This document shows, piece by piece, positions 17,772 to 25,886 of a stretch of DNA of 64,000 bases. The notes under the pieces were generated by a model. That model was not told the origin of the DNA. It worked only from the letters and a program-made list of their open reading frames with translations, and did no database searches. A program made the position numbers and the translations under genes. The stretch lies in sequence record NC_042018.1. The stretch is one strand, 5' to 3'. Every line of letters starts with the position of its first letter. Within the stretch, counting starts at the first letter, position 1.

Positions 17772-18284
17772 ATGCCACATTTCTTAGGGGCGGATTTTCA
17801 TCTGTGTGACCCCAGTTCCCTCAAATACCGAAAACAGTTTCCCTCTCTGGGGTATCACGACGAATACGTCTGCGATGTGGTCTTGGCCAAACTTCGCCCT
17901 AATGACCTGCTCACCATGGTAGGAGACTGCCTGGTGGGAAAGGGAGCCATTGAGCTGATTAAAAAGTTTCCCTGCCGTAAGCGCCTGATTGCAGGCAACC
18001 ATGAATTTGAGAAAGGCATTAACTTCGCCGATTTAGTAGGAGTCGTGGATGAGATTCACTCATCGTACAAATGGCGAGGCCGTTTCAATATTGTCCATAT
18101 TCCGCCGCATCCTGCCCATCTTCGTGGTAAGACTATTATTCATGGGCATCTTCACGAAGTCATTATACCTGATCCTCGTTTCATTAACGTCTCGTTAGAA
18201 GCGACAGGGTATCGTCTGGTACAGGCCGAAGAGATTATTACCGGCGAGTATCGTTCTTATCGTATTCCGGAGGTTTGCACGTGA
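17772..18284 (+). CDS. calcineurin-like metallophosphoesterase
   Basis: ADFHL (DxH), VGD, AGNHE (GNH), H, IHGHLH (GHxH). Confidence 0.9.
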   Translation: MPHFLGADFHLCDPSSLKYRKQFPSLGYHDEYVCDVVLAKLRPNDLLTMVGDCLVGKGAIELIKKFPCRKRLIAGNHEFEKGINFADLVGVVDEIHSSYKWRGRFNIVHIPPHPAHLRGKTIIHGHLHEVIIPDPRFINVSLEATGYRLVQAEEIITGEYRSYRIPEVCT

Positions 18285-18664
18285 TCTTTGTTAATGGATA
18301 TGCTAAAACCCACATCAACATCGCTAAGCCTGATGAACTGGTAGAGCGCATCGAAGTGATGCCCGTCACGGGATTACAAGTTAAAGCCGATATCCGCAAG
18401 CAAGTGGATGATTTGGTGCGTGACCAAAAGCTGTGGGTGCTAACGAGCGACCCCGCCAGCTTGAATCCCATTGACCCGAGCAGTCGTTGGTGTCGTGGCT
18501 ACGTGACACACATCGATTGGATTGATGACACCGAGGTCAAGGTCACCATGCAGGTCATGAAGCACACCCGTGGTGCCGAGTTTAACCGGTGGCAGCTTAC
18601 TGCTAAACAAACCCGGAGTCGGGAAGACGGGCTTTATATTGAGCCCTACGTTCTACTGTTCTAA
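18281..18664 (+). CDS. hypothetical protein
   Basis: GTG 18281 after GGAGG; GTGA overlap with the upstream stop. Confidence 0.75.
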   Translation: MIFVNGYAKTHINIAKPDELVERIEVMPVTGLQVKADIRKQVDDLVRDQKLWVLTSDPASLNPIDPSSRWCRGYVTHIDWIDDTEVKVTMQVMKHTRGAEFNRWQLTAKQTRSREDGLYIEPYVLLF

Positions 18665-18690
18665 AAATTAATCTGGAGTTGTTCTCAGGT

Positions 18691-18710
18691 CTATATAGTT
18701 AAGGTGAATA
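18691..18710 (+). promoter_or_regulatory. putative early phage promoter
   Basis: CTATATAGTTAAGGTGAATA. Confidence 0.75.
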
Positions 18711-18757
18711 AACAACATAGTTTATCACTTTAATTCACCTGCCTGAGGATAACCCAA

Positions 18758-19051
18758 ATGAAACGTCGCATCTATAGCAACCCTGAAAAACTGTTTTCTG
18801 CTCTTACAAAACGTCACGCTGTGAAAGGTGACTGGTTAGGTCGTATGGCTGTCAAATTCGAAGAACTGGGCGTCGCCTTCCCTACTACGTGGTCTAAAGA
18901 AAAACGTGATGACTTCATCATGACTTTCCTGAACACTGCAACAGTAGAAGATTGTGGCACCAAACTGTCTTTAATGACAGCGAAAGAAATTGGCAACGAC
19001 GAGGCTCTGACCATTTTGTACGATATCATAAAAGCAGTATCAATAACCTAG
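18758..19051 (+). CDS. hypothetical early protein
   Basis: 97 aa monocistron between a promoter and a terminator; RBS GAGGA. Confidence 0.8.
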   Translation: MKRRIYSNPEKLFSALTKRHAVKGDWLGRMAVKFEELGVAFPTTWSKEKRDDFIMTFLNTATVEDCGTKLSLMTAKEIGNDEALTILYDIIKAVSIT

Positions 19052-19078
19052 CGGAGGAGCCTATGCTCGCTCCGCTAG
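19048..19078 (+). terminator. intrinsic terminator
   Basis: CTAGCGGAG...CTCCGCTAG with long T tracts. Confidence 0.75.
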
Positions 19079-19114
19079 AGTTTATTTTTTTTTTGTCTCT
19101 TTTTTTTTTCGTGT

Positions 19115-19123
19115 AATTTTATG
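19115..19123 (+). promoter_or_regulatory. putative late promoter (TATG)
   Basis: AATTTTATG. Confidence 0.55.
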
Positions 19124-19152
19124 ACCCGTCACTTTACATAAGGAATCGGTAA

Positions 19153-19836
19153 ATGAAAATCGGCATTGAGCAGACCCTTATCAATGCGCTTGTTAGGACA
19201 CACACGCCTTTGGTTACTCCAGAGTTGGCTACGCGTTTATTCACTGATTTAGCCACATCTGAAATAATCGTAGTGCCGACTGCCGGGGATGTGACTTCCA
19301 TGAAGTTTACTGCAGACATCACCTGTGAACGTCGACGATTCCGAGCACCGGACCAAACGTGGCAAGGATCCCCACTACAGGACATCATTAAGCCAGAGCT
19401 GCTCTATTCAGGAACACTGGATGAATTCTTGGCTGAAGGTGATAATGCATTGATATTGGTAGACGACGGTAAGCTGTATGTCCCGTATTCTCCCGACGAC
19501 ACCTACATGACCGAAGCAGAAGCTCTTGAGTTATTAAGCTTCGCCACGGGATTTGATTTTGGTGACATCGGTGAGATTAAAGGCATTCACGCCACCAACT
19601 TCTTTACCAAAGAAACGATTACCACTCCCCCTGCAAATCTAACGAACAGATTAGAGGCTGTTTGGACCATCACAGGCGGGATTATCAGTGGTACCGTGTT
19701 TTTCATTAATGATGGTTATTTCTCGTTTGCGGAAGACGTTGACCTTGGAACATTGCCTACTCAGTTAAACGGTGTTCTGGCGGAAAACGGTAACAGCTTC
19801 GTAACGGAACAAGGAACTTCTATTGTTACGGAGTAG
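19153..19836 (+). CDS. putative virion scaffold-family protein with C-terminal xENG..xTExG motif
   Basis: IEQTLINAL...IISGTVFFINDGYFSFAEDVDLGTL; tail LAENGNSFVTEQGTSIVTE. Confidence 0.65.
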   Translation: MKIGIEQTLINALVRTHTPLVTPELATRLFTDLATSEIIVVPTAGDVTSMKFTADITCERRRFRAPDQTWQGSPLQDIIKPELLYSGTLDEFLAEGDNALILVDDGKLYVPYSPDDTYMTEAEALELLSFATGFDFGDIGEIKGIHATNFFTKETITTPPANLTNRLEAVWTITGGIISGTVFFINDGYFSFAEDVDLGTLPTQLNGVLAENGNSFVTEQGTSIVTE

Positions 19837-19868
19837 CAAACCCATACGCTATTATAAGGAAAGTTGCA

Positions 19869-20534
19869 ATGAAGATAGAACAAAGTTTGCTCGATCGTTT
19901 TATTGCCGTGCGTAGTTCGGAGTTAACGGCCGAACAGATAACCCAGTATTTTGACGGTCTTACCCTCGAAGACCTTCAGCTTACCGCCATCAAGTGGGAC
20001 GGTAATAACAACCGAGCCGTTCGTGGCGTAATGGTGTGTAAGAGCCGTAAATGGCGAGCGATTCGTGTAGCATGGACCAACACCGCCATGTCCAGCATGA
20101 TCAAACCGGATTTCCTGGATGACCGTACGTTGGCAGAATTCTTGACAGAGGTTGTACCGGGTAAGTTGCATGTCATCCCCAGTGACAACCGCGGTCAGAT
20201 GGGTCATATCTGTATCCCGTCTGCTGCTGGACAGAGTTACGATCAAGAAACCCTGATGTCCTTGCTGGGTGCATTAACCGGGTATGACTTCACTGACATG
20301 GGGACATTGAAAGATGAGTACGGTAAACCGTGCCACGTTATTGAAACGTTCCCTAACCCAACGATAGAAGACAGTGTCATACCGGACATCAGCATGAATG
20401 GGCGTGTTGATTACGCGTACCGCATCTCTGGTCCGATTGCCGAAGGTATCGTGCTGTTTGTGAATGACGGTTACCACCAGTTCCAGAATGACGTGGACAT
20501 TGGTGTACTGCCGGGTGAGTTACCTACCACGTAA
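19869..20534 (+). CDS. putative virion scaffold-family protein (paralog of 19153)
   Basis: IEQSLLDRF...GIVLFVNDGYHQFQNDVDIGVL. Confidence 0.65.
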   Translation: MKIEQSLLDRFIAVRSSELTAEQITQYFDGLTLEDLQLTAIKWDGNNNRAVRGVMVCKSRKWRAIRVAWTNTAMSSMIKPDFLDDRTLAEFLTEVVPGKLHVIPSDNRGQMGHICIPSAAGQSYDQETLMSLLGALTGYDFTDMGTLKDEYGKPCHVIETFPNPTIEDSVIPDISMNGRVDYAYRISGPIAEGIVLFVNDGYHQFQNDVDIGVLPGELPTT

Positions 20535-20539
20535 TAATA

Positions 20540-20567
20540 AACTCCTGGGGCTTCGGTCCTGGGAGTT
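20540..20567 (+). terminator. intrinsic terminator
   Basis: AACTCCTGGGGC-TTCG-GTCCTGGGAGTT. Confidence 0.7.
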
Positions 20568-20588
20568 ATTGTCATTATTTTTTCACAC

Positions 20589-20608
20589 CTACATTATCTA
20601 TATGTAAG
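20589..20608 (+). promoter_or_regulatory. putative early phage promoter
   Basis: CTACATTATCTATATGTAAG; 27-nt identity with 41780-41806. Confidence 0.75.
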
Positions 20609-20648
20609 ACAACCGGTTTCTTACTCATTTAACTCAAAAGGATAGATC

Positions 20649-20909
20649 ATGTCTAAGAGCATCAAAATCGCAGAATCGCAGCTGGGCTTTGTTGGAGAAA
20701 CCAAAGAGTTCGTAGTCACCGGTGTGAAAGCTGGTTCTTTCACCATCGCCAAAGACGAGCAGGTGCTGTCTGTGGAAGGTAGCCTCGACGGCCTGAAGGT
20801 TGCCGATCTGGTTGTGGTGAAAGACGGTTCGCTGTGGAAGAAAGGCACCGAAACCAGTCAGAAAAAGCACAACCCGTCGCCGGCCACCATGGCTGAATAC
20901 GGTTTCTAA
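20649..20909 (+). CDS. hypothetical early protein
   Basis: 86 aa monocistron, RBS AAGGA, strongly biased codon use. Confidence 0.8.
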   Translation: MSKSIKIAESQLGFVGETKEFVVTGVKAGSFTIAKDEQVLSVEGSLDGLKVADLVVVKDGSLWKKGTETSQKKHNPSPATMAEYGF

Positions 20910-20929
20910 TCTTCGATCATGCTGGCGCG

Positions 20930-20953
20930 CTCCGTACCCTTCGGGGTACGGAG
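20930..20953 (+). terminator. terminator-like hairpin
   Basis: CTCCGTACCC-TTCG-GGGTACGGAG. Confidence 0.7.
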
Positions 20954-20957
20954 TTCA

Positions 20958-20971
20958 ATAACTACAATATC
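20958..20971 (+). promoter_or_regulatory. putative second-class (middle?) promoter or operator motif
   Basis: ATAACTACAATATC, identical at 35077-35090. Confidence 0.4.
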
Positions 20972-20988
20972 AGAGTTTTTCGTGAACC

Positions 20989-21558
20989 ATGAAAAGAACA
21001 AAAAACATTAACCGAGCACGGTTTCGTAAGAAGTTAGTTGTGACTCACGCTTCTTTGTTTTACGGCGGGATATTAGGTGCTGCACTTTTCTTAACGGGGT
21101 GTGATGATACCACGACCCGAACTGAATACCTCAACCGTCCTTATACTGATGCGGTTGATTGTTACAAACACAGTGACTTAAGTTATGATGACTGTGTGCG
21201 TGGGCAGAAACAGGCCGTTGAAGAGGCCATGGCGACGAAACGCTTTTCCTCCAGAGAAGAGTGTCTTCGGGACAACCCCAATAACGATTGTCAACAGAAC
21301 GGTAGCGGGTCCCATGCAACGTACTACCCCTATCCCCACTATTACGGTTACAACACCGCCACGGGAACGGGACAAGCCTTTTACCAGGGAAGAAGCAGCA
21401 ACAGTTTTTCCTCCTCTCAAGGTAAATCGTTTAACGCCAAAACGTCCAGTGTACCCAGAACGTACACAACCACACGTGGTGGTTTCGGTTCGTCTTTCGG
21501 ATCTTCGTCTCATTCATCTTTCTCGTCTTCTTCCTCCCGGAGCAGTTTTGGGGGATAA
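20989..21558 (+). CDS. ygiB: YgiB/DUF1190 family lipoprotein
   Basis: MKRTKNINRARFRKK, LTGC lipobox, DC..C..REEC..C cysteine pattern, TTRGGFGSS...SSRSSFGG as in enterobacterial YgiB. Confidence 0.8.
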   Translation: MKRTKNINRARFRKKLVVTHASLFYGGILGAALFLTGCDDTTTRTEYLNRPYTDAVDCYKHSDLSYDDCVRGQKQAVEEAMATKRFSSREECLRDNPNNDCQQNGSGSHATYYPYPHYYGYNTATGTGQAFYQGRSSNSFSSSQGKSFNAKTSSVPRTYTTTRGGFGSSFGSSSHSSFSSSSSRSSFGG

Positions 21559-21575
21559 CCATTAAGGTAACAATT

Positions 21576-22127
21576 ATGAGCATCATTGTTTACTCACCGT
21601 CTGAGATGTGTATTATTGCAGATACCTTTACTCTGCATACGGATGATTTCAACGGGGCTATCAGTCAGGCATCGTTTCGTAACGAAAGCAAGATTGTTAC
21701 CACAGACGATCAACATTTCGCCTACTGCTTTGAAGAGACCCAGGCTCCGGCATTTATTCCGGTACTGACGGCGTACCTTAAACGGTATGAACTTGGGTTG
21801 CTGAAGAAAGACGACAAGCTTCCCCTCTATGAACCCATTCAGTTCTCGCTGGGTATCATGAGTAAACGTTACATGTACCGGGTCATCAACCGGAAAGACA
21901 AGATCACCATCAGTCGTCGAGTGATGACGTTCTGTAATCATTGTGACAATGCGTCGTTAATGTATGCGGCTAAATTGCCAGCAATGGAAGTGTGGGAAGA
22001 GCTAACGAAGATGGATGATGTCTATCATGGGTTAGTGCCAGACGTGGTCACCAACAAGCATCTCAAGCTGATTAAGAAGCAAAAGAAAACCACCGTCCAG
22101 CCTGACCAGATTACGACCGAGGTGTAA
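21576..22127 (+). CDS. hypothetical protein (weak Ntn/proteasome-beta-like N-terminus)
   Basis: 183 aa, RBS AAGGT; SIIVY...IIAD..SKI pattern. Confidence 0.7.
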   Translation: MSIIVYSPSEMCIIADTFTLHTDDFNGAISQASFRNESKIVTTDDQHFAYCFEETQAPAFIPVLTAYLKRYELGLLKKDDKLPLYEPIQFSLGIMSKRYMYRVINRKDKITISRRVMTFCNHCDNASLMYAAKLPAMEVWEELTKMDDVYHGLVPDVVTNKHLKLIKKQKKTTVQPDQITTEV

Positions 22128-22130
22128 CCC

Positions 22131-22607
22131 ATGTTTATTACCGACAATAAGTATGCTGCCTTCAGCGATTGCAAAGACGACATGAAATGTGGTCCGTATG
22201 AAGTTATGCCGTATGTGGTAGAGTATAAAGAACAACACTACCTGTTGTGGCAGGGCGAGATTAAAAACGCAAAAGGTACCGACCGTTATACACTGGGTTT
22301 GTTAATGAACAAGCACGGTGTGTTCTTCCATTGCCAAATCGATCAGGTCACCCTGTCCGTAATGCAAACTGTACCGGCGATTAAGAACCGTGTACTGAGC
22401 CTCTGTAGTGTGGACTCCGAGAACGGGCGTTTCCAGGTGGGAATTATGGAACGGGCTATGCGTTATCACGGTTGGTCGGTGAAAGAGCTGTTTGATAACT
22501 TCCGCAACTGCGGGACCTCTTACCTGACGCAGTGTGTCAGCATTGATGATTTGAAGAAACGCCTGGAGAAAGTAAATGAAAGTGACATCAACTACCACCT
22601 CAATTAA
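22131..22607 (+). CDS. hypothetical protein
   Basis: 158 aa, RBS GAGGT. Confidence 0.75.
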   Translation: MFITDNKYAAFSDCKDDMKCGPYEVMPYVVEYKEQHYLLWQGEIKNAKGTDRYTLGLLMNKHGVFFHCQIDQVTLSVMQTVPAIKNRVLSLCSVDSENGRFQVGIMERAMRYHGWSVKELFDNFRNCGTSYLTQCVSIDDLKKRLEKVNESDINYHLN

Positions 22608-22947
22608 GAGCGTGGAGATTACTGGCACCATGATTGCAGGACCACACAAGTTAACCCGCAGTGTGCGTCGTGAATTGTTGGAAAGCATTAAGCGGGAAGA
22701 ACTGAAAGTATACCAGCGCATCTTAAGCTACGGAGCCAAGACCTATGCCGAACTTGAGTTGGCACAGTGCGGTGAAGTTACCTCCCTGCATTTCCACGAC
22801 AAAAAGAAAACCAACAAGGTTACCGTTGTCCTGGATAAAGCCACCTGGGAAAACCGCAGCTGGGCCAGTTCGTTTGACTTGGTACGTTTATACGTGGTCG
22901 ATAAAGTCCTCGGCCCTCACTACATTTATGGTTTACGTTTCCTGTAA
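22576..22947 (+). CDS. hypothetical protein
   Basis: 123 aa, overlaps the upstream gene end; RBS GGAG. Confidence 0.65.
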   Translation: MKVTSTTTSIKSVEITGTMIAGPHKLTRSVRRELLESIKREELKVYQRILSYGAKTYAELELAQCGEVTSLHFHDKKKTNKVTVVLDKATWENRSWASSFDLVRLYVVDKVLGPHYIYGLRFL

Positions 22948-22957
22948 GGATAGAACA

Positions 22958-23542
22958 ATGTCTGATTCCGTTAAGCACACACCGCACAACCGTCATCCTG
23001 AAGGTGACGATCCGTTTGAAAAATACATTCGCTTAGAGCGCCACCAGTTGGCCATGGGCGATTTAACCGACGATGCATTAGCCAATGCCGTTTACCTGCA
23101 CGGTAACGTAACACCGAAGATTGAAGACGTGTTAAGCGGTGAAGCAAAAATGCCGATCATTTATCTTACCGCGGCCAAAGAACGTATTCGTTGGTTAAGC
23201 CGTCGCAACATGAAGCTGGAGCAACAGCTGGCAGAAGCGCAGGCTGCCTTGGCGGAGAAGAACCGTTATGTTCAAATTGACGGGGCGGTCAGTGAACACG
23301 GTTCGGCAAACGGCGAACTTAAGAACATCATATTGAAACAGCTTTCCCACACTCCGGCCAAAGAGATCTCTATCTCCAAGCCATTACAAGACGCTATCAA
23401 GAACGGCGGTGGAATTCCTCGCGGAAGTTTTTATATGATTGCTGCAATTACTCCGCCTGAAAAGTCACGCCTTCTGATTATAGAAGGTTCCTATGACACT
23501 ACTGAAAAAGCTCCCGATGGGGGAGAAGGCCAGGGAAGTTGA
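22958..23542 (+). CDS. hypothetical protein
   Basis: Start reset to ATG 22958 after AAGGA; LAMGDLTDDALANAVY..AAKERIRWLSR phage-type motif. Confidence 0.75.
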   Translation: MSDSVKHTPHNRHPEGDDPFEKYIRLERHQLAMGDLTDDALANAVYLHGNVTPKIEDVLSGEAKMPIIYLTAAKERIRWLSRRNMKLEQQLAEAQAALAEKNRYVQIDGAVSEHGSANGELKNIILKQLSHTPAKEISISKPLQDAIKNGGGIPRGSFYMIAAITPPEKSRLLIIEGSYDTTEKAPDGGEGQGS

Positions 23543-23855
23543 TACCCTGGCTTTAAGTGAACTCATTGAAGATGGCCTGCACGAAACTGAAACGTCAGGC
23601 TACTTCAAATCCAAACGCGGTGGTTACGTTTATTTAAGTGCTGCCGCGGCGGCTGTTATCCGGCTTTTTGTTGCTGACATTAAGGCCCACGCTAAAGAAC
23701 ACAAATACGAGTTCGCAAATGCAACCAAACAAGGTTGCTTTATGTTGTGGAAGCATTCCAACGAGAAAGCCCGCAACCGTGAACTTTATTATCGTTATGC
23801 GTTTCATCCACCGGTTGAAAGACACATCCCGGTGGTGGACCTGCAAATTCCGTAG
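23493..23855 (+). CDS. hypothetical protein
   Basis: 120 aa, RBS GAAGG. Confidence 0.7.
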   Translation: MTLLKKLPMGEKAREVDTLALSELIEDGLHETETSGYFKSKRGGYVYLSAAAAAVIRLFVADIKAHAKEHKYEFANATKQGCFMLWKHSNEKARNRELYYRYAFHPPVERHIPVVDLQIP

Positions 23856-23864
23856 GGAACCCCC

Positions 23865-24254
23865 ATGAAAAACCATGGCATTATCCGTCGTACTCCTGAA
23901 AACAGTCTCCATACGTTCCTGGTGAAGTTGGACGCGGACTGTGTCCCTGAAGGTGATAACCGTCAAATCTTTGCGGTAATCGACCGTCAGTTTCAAACGC
24001 TTGGGACAGCGCGTATTAAAGAACGTCGACACGGTCAATATGTGTTTGAGATGGTTATCCCCAATAAAGCCACAGCCGCCGCGTTGTATTCGTTAACCGA
24101 TAAAGAAAACCAATCTGCGGGGAACATTTGGGGGCACAGCAACCGACGTTGCCAGGATATCTTCTGTATTGAATTGGGTATCATGAGCCAGGCTAACAAT
24201 CCGGAAAGTTTTGGTTATCGGGAGTATAATCCGATTTACCGTAACCTGCACTAA
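23865..24254 (+). CDS. hypothetical protein
   Basis: 129 aa, RBS AGGGA. Confidence 0.75.
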   Translation: MKNHGIIRRTPENSLHTFLVKLDADCVPEGDNRQIFAVIDRQFQTLGTARIKERRHGQYVFEMVIPNKATAAALYSLTDKENQSAGNIWGHSNRRCQDIFCIELGIMSQANNPESFGYREYNPIYRNLH

Positions 24255-24319
24255 GTAAAGTTTCTCTGGTGGTTTATTATATTACGTAAACCACCTCACT
24301 CCCTTTAAAAGGAAACCTC

Positions 24320-24934
24320 ATGTTTAACGTCACCATTTTTGATAAAATCATCAGCTGGTCTAAAGCCCGCAACATTATTGGTGCTGGCACTACCATCGGT
24401 CAGGTTGGTAAATTCAACGAAGAAGTTGGGGAAATCCAAACCGGTCTGGTACGGACTAACGTTGCTGATATCAAAGATGCGGTTGGGGATGCGCTGGTTA
24501 TTATGACCAACGTGCTGACAATGGAGCAGTACGCGGTGAAGCAAACCATCAACCTGTTGGTGGAGCCGACGCCGCGTTTTAAAGACCTGCACGACAACCA
24601 CATCATTTGTGGCATCAACTACAAGTGGTGTAAATACTTCTGGGAAGAAGGTTTCCTGGGGATGTGCATGACCGACCTGGATGACCTGGCAAGCGACGTG
24701 GTAGAGCTGCTGGCTGAGTTGGCGCGTCGTCACGGTTTCACCTTGACCGAAGCTATTGAACATTCCTACGCGCAGATTGAGCACCGCGTGGGTATCTTCT
24801 ACAACAACGTCTTTATCAAGCAACAAGACTTCACCGTTGACCTGTTGCAGAACATCATCGCCGACAGTGAAATCACTGATGCTGTCCGTGTCTTTGCTGA
24901 CGAACAACTTCACCTGCTGCGAGAGAAACTGTAA
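24320..24934 (+). CDS. MazG-like nucleoside triphosphate pyrophosphohydrolase
   Basis: W..ARNI..., KFNEEVGEI...IKDAVGDALV (EExxE...D), SYAQIEHRVG. Confidence 0.8.
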   Translation: MFNVTIFDKIISWSKARNIIGAGTTIGQVGKFNEEVGEIQTGLVRTNVADIKDAVGDALVIMTNVLTMEQYAVKQTINLLVEPTPRFKDLHDNHIICGINYKWCKYFWEEGFLGMCMTDLDDLASDVVELLAELARRHGFTLTEAIEHSYAQIEHRVGIFYNNVFIKQQDFTVDLLQNIIADSEITDAVRVFADEQLHLLREKL

Positions 24935-25206
24935 TGTCCGAAATCAAAATTGAACAAAAGCTCAGCAAACAACACAGCGCGGATATGCAAGCCCAGTATA
25001 AAAACGGGGTGGTGTATATCCTGAGCAAGCGTCCAGACGACAACAAGTGTGCGGCAGACCTGATTGCCGGTAAAGCCAAACGCATCATGTTCCTGCACTC
25101 TAAGTTGGTCGTTCACGCTGAGGTTCTGAACAATGCCGATATTGACCTGAAAGGCAAATTCAAGGTCAGTAAGCTCGACGACGGTTTCGCTATTCATCCA
25201 CTGTAA
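24934..25206 (+). CDS. hypothetical protein
   Basis: 90 aa, TAATG-coupled. Confidence 0.75.
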   Translation: MSEIKIEQKLSKQHSADMQAQYKNGVVYILSKRPDDNKCAADLIAGKAKRIMFLHSKLVVHAEVLNNADIDLKGKFKVSKLDDGFAIHPL

Positions 25207-25211
25207 CAGTT

Positions 25212-25237
25212 GCCTCCTTACCCTAGGGTAAGGAGGT
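25212..25237 (+). terminator. terminator-like hairpin
   Basis: GCCTCCTTACC-CTAG-GGTAAGGAGGT. Confidence 0.6.
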
Positions 25238-25248
25238 AGGAGTTTATT

Positions 25249-25662
25249 ATGGGTCTCTTATTTATTCCCGGTTTCTTTTTCCTTTTGGGTGTCATGGTAT
25301 TGTTCCCTAAGAAAGACCGCAGTAAGAACCGGGTGACTTTCTTTAAGGTAATGACGGGTATCGCTGTGTTCTTTACGGTACAAGTCCTTACCATGAATTA
25401 CGTGTACAATCGCGTAGGGGACAAGTATTATGTCGAAGGCACCATAACCCATACCGGTCCCGCTAAAGAAGGCGGGTTCTTTGAACAGGCAGGATGTTAT
25501 GCCAGTGTTCGCACCGAGAGTGGTAATATTGTCACTCCTTGGATACCCAACTGCGGGGTCGTGGGAATGAAAGTGTATAAAGCTTGCGAAGGCACTAGCT
25601 GTTATGGTTCATGGGTTAGTTATAATGAGTTGTCCCCAGGACATCGTCTCTCCCGCAGTTAA
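25249..25662 (+). CDS. membrane protein (2 TM + soluble Cys-containing domain)
   Basis: 137 aa, RBS AGGAG. Confidence 0.75.
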   Translation: MGLLFIPGFFFLLGVMVLFPKKDRSKNRVTFFKVMTGIAVFFTVQVLTMNYVYNRVGDKYYVEGTITHTGPAKEGGFFEQAGCYASVRTESGNIVTPWIPNCGVVGMKVYKACEGTSCYGSWVSYNELSPGHRLSRS

Positions 25663-25665
25663 CCT

Positions 25666-25694
25666 ACTCCTACTCCCTTCTGGGGAGTAGGAGT
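25666..25694 (+). terminator. intrinsic terminator (ACTCCTACTCCC family)
   Basis: ACTCCTACTCCC-TTCTG-GGGAGTAGGAGT. Confidence 0.75.
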
Positions 25695-25839
25695 AAACCC
25701 TGGCTTATTTATTGTTTGTTATCTTGGATGTCGTAATACTTCGTATTACTCCGCTATTAACTGTCGATCCCTGGACAGTATAGGTAGGATGATATTAATA
25801 AGTTAATATAATAGTACCAAAATAAAACTTTATGGGTTT

Positions 25840-25848
25840 AATGTTATG
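25840..25848 (+). promoter_or_regulatory. putative late promoter (TATG)
   Basis: AATGTTATG. Confidence 0.55.
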
Positions 25849-25886
25849 CAACACCCGAAGTCGTATTATTTGAAAAGGATACCATC

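Noticed and set aside
19081-19110. Long poly-T tracts (also 9203-9212) as phase-variation sites
   Set aside because: They are intergenic, directly after terminator stems, and are explained as U-tracts or AT-rich promoter flanks.
21470-21558. Ser-rich TCT/TCG low-complexity tract as a repeat element
   Set aside because: It encodes the normal Ser/Gly-rich YgiB tail.
21185-21565. Overlapping + strand ORF of 126 aa
   Set aside because: Lies almost entirely inside the ygiB-like gene in another frame, with no RBS.
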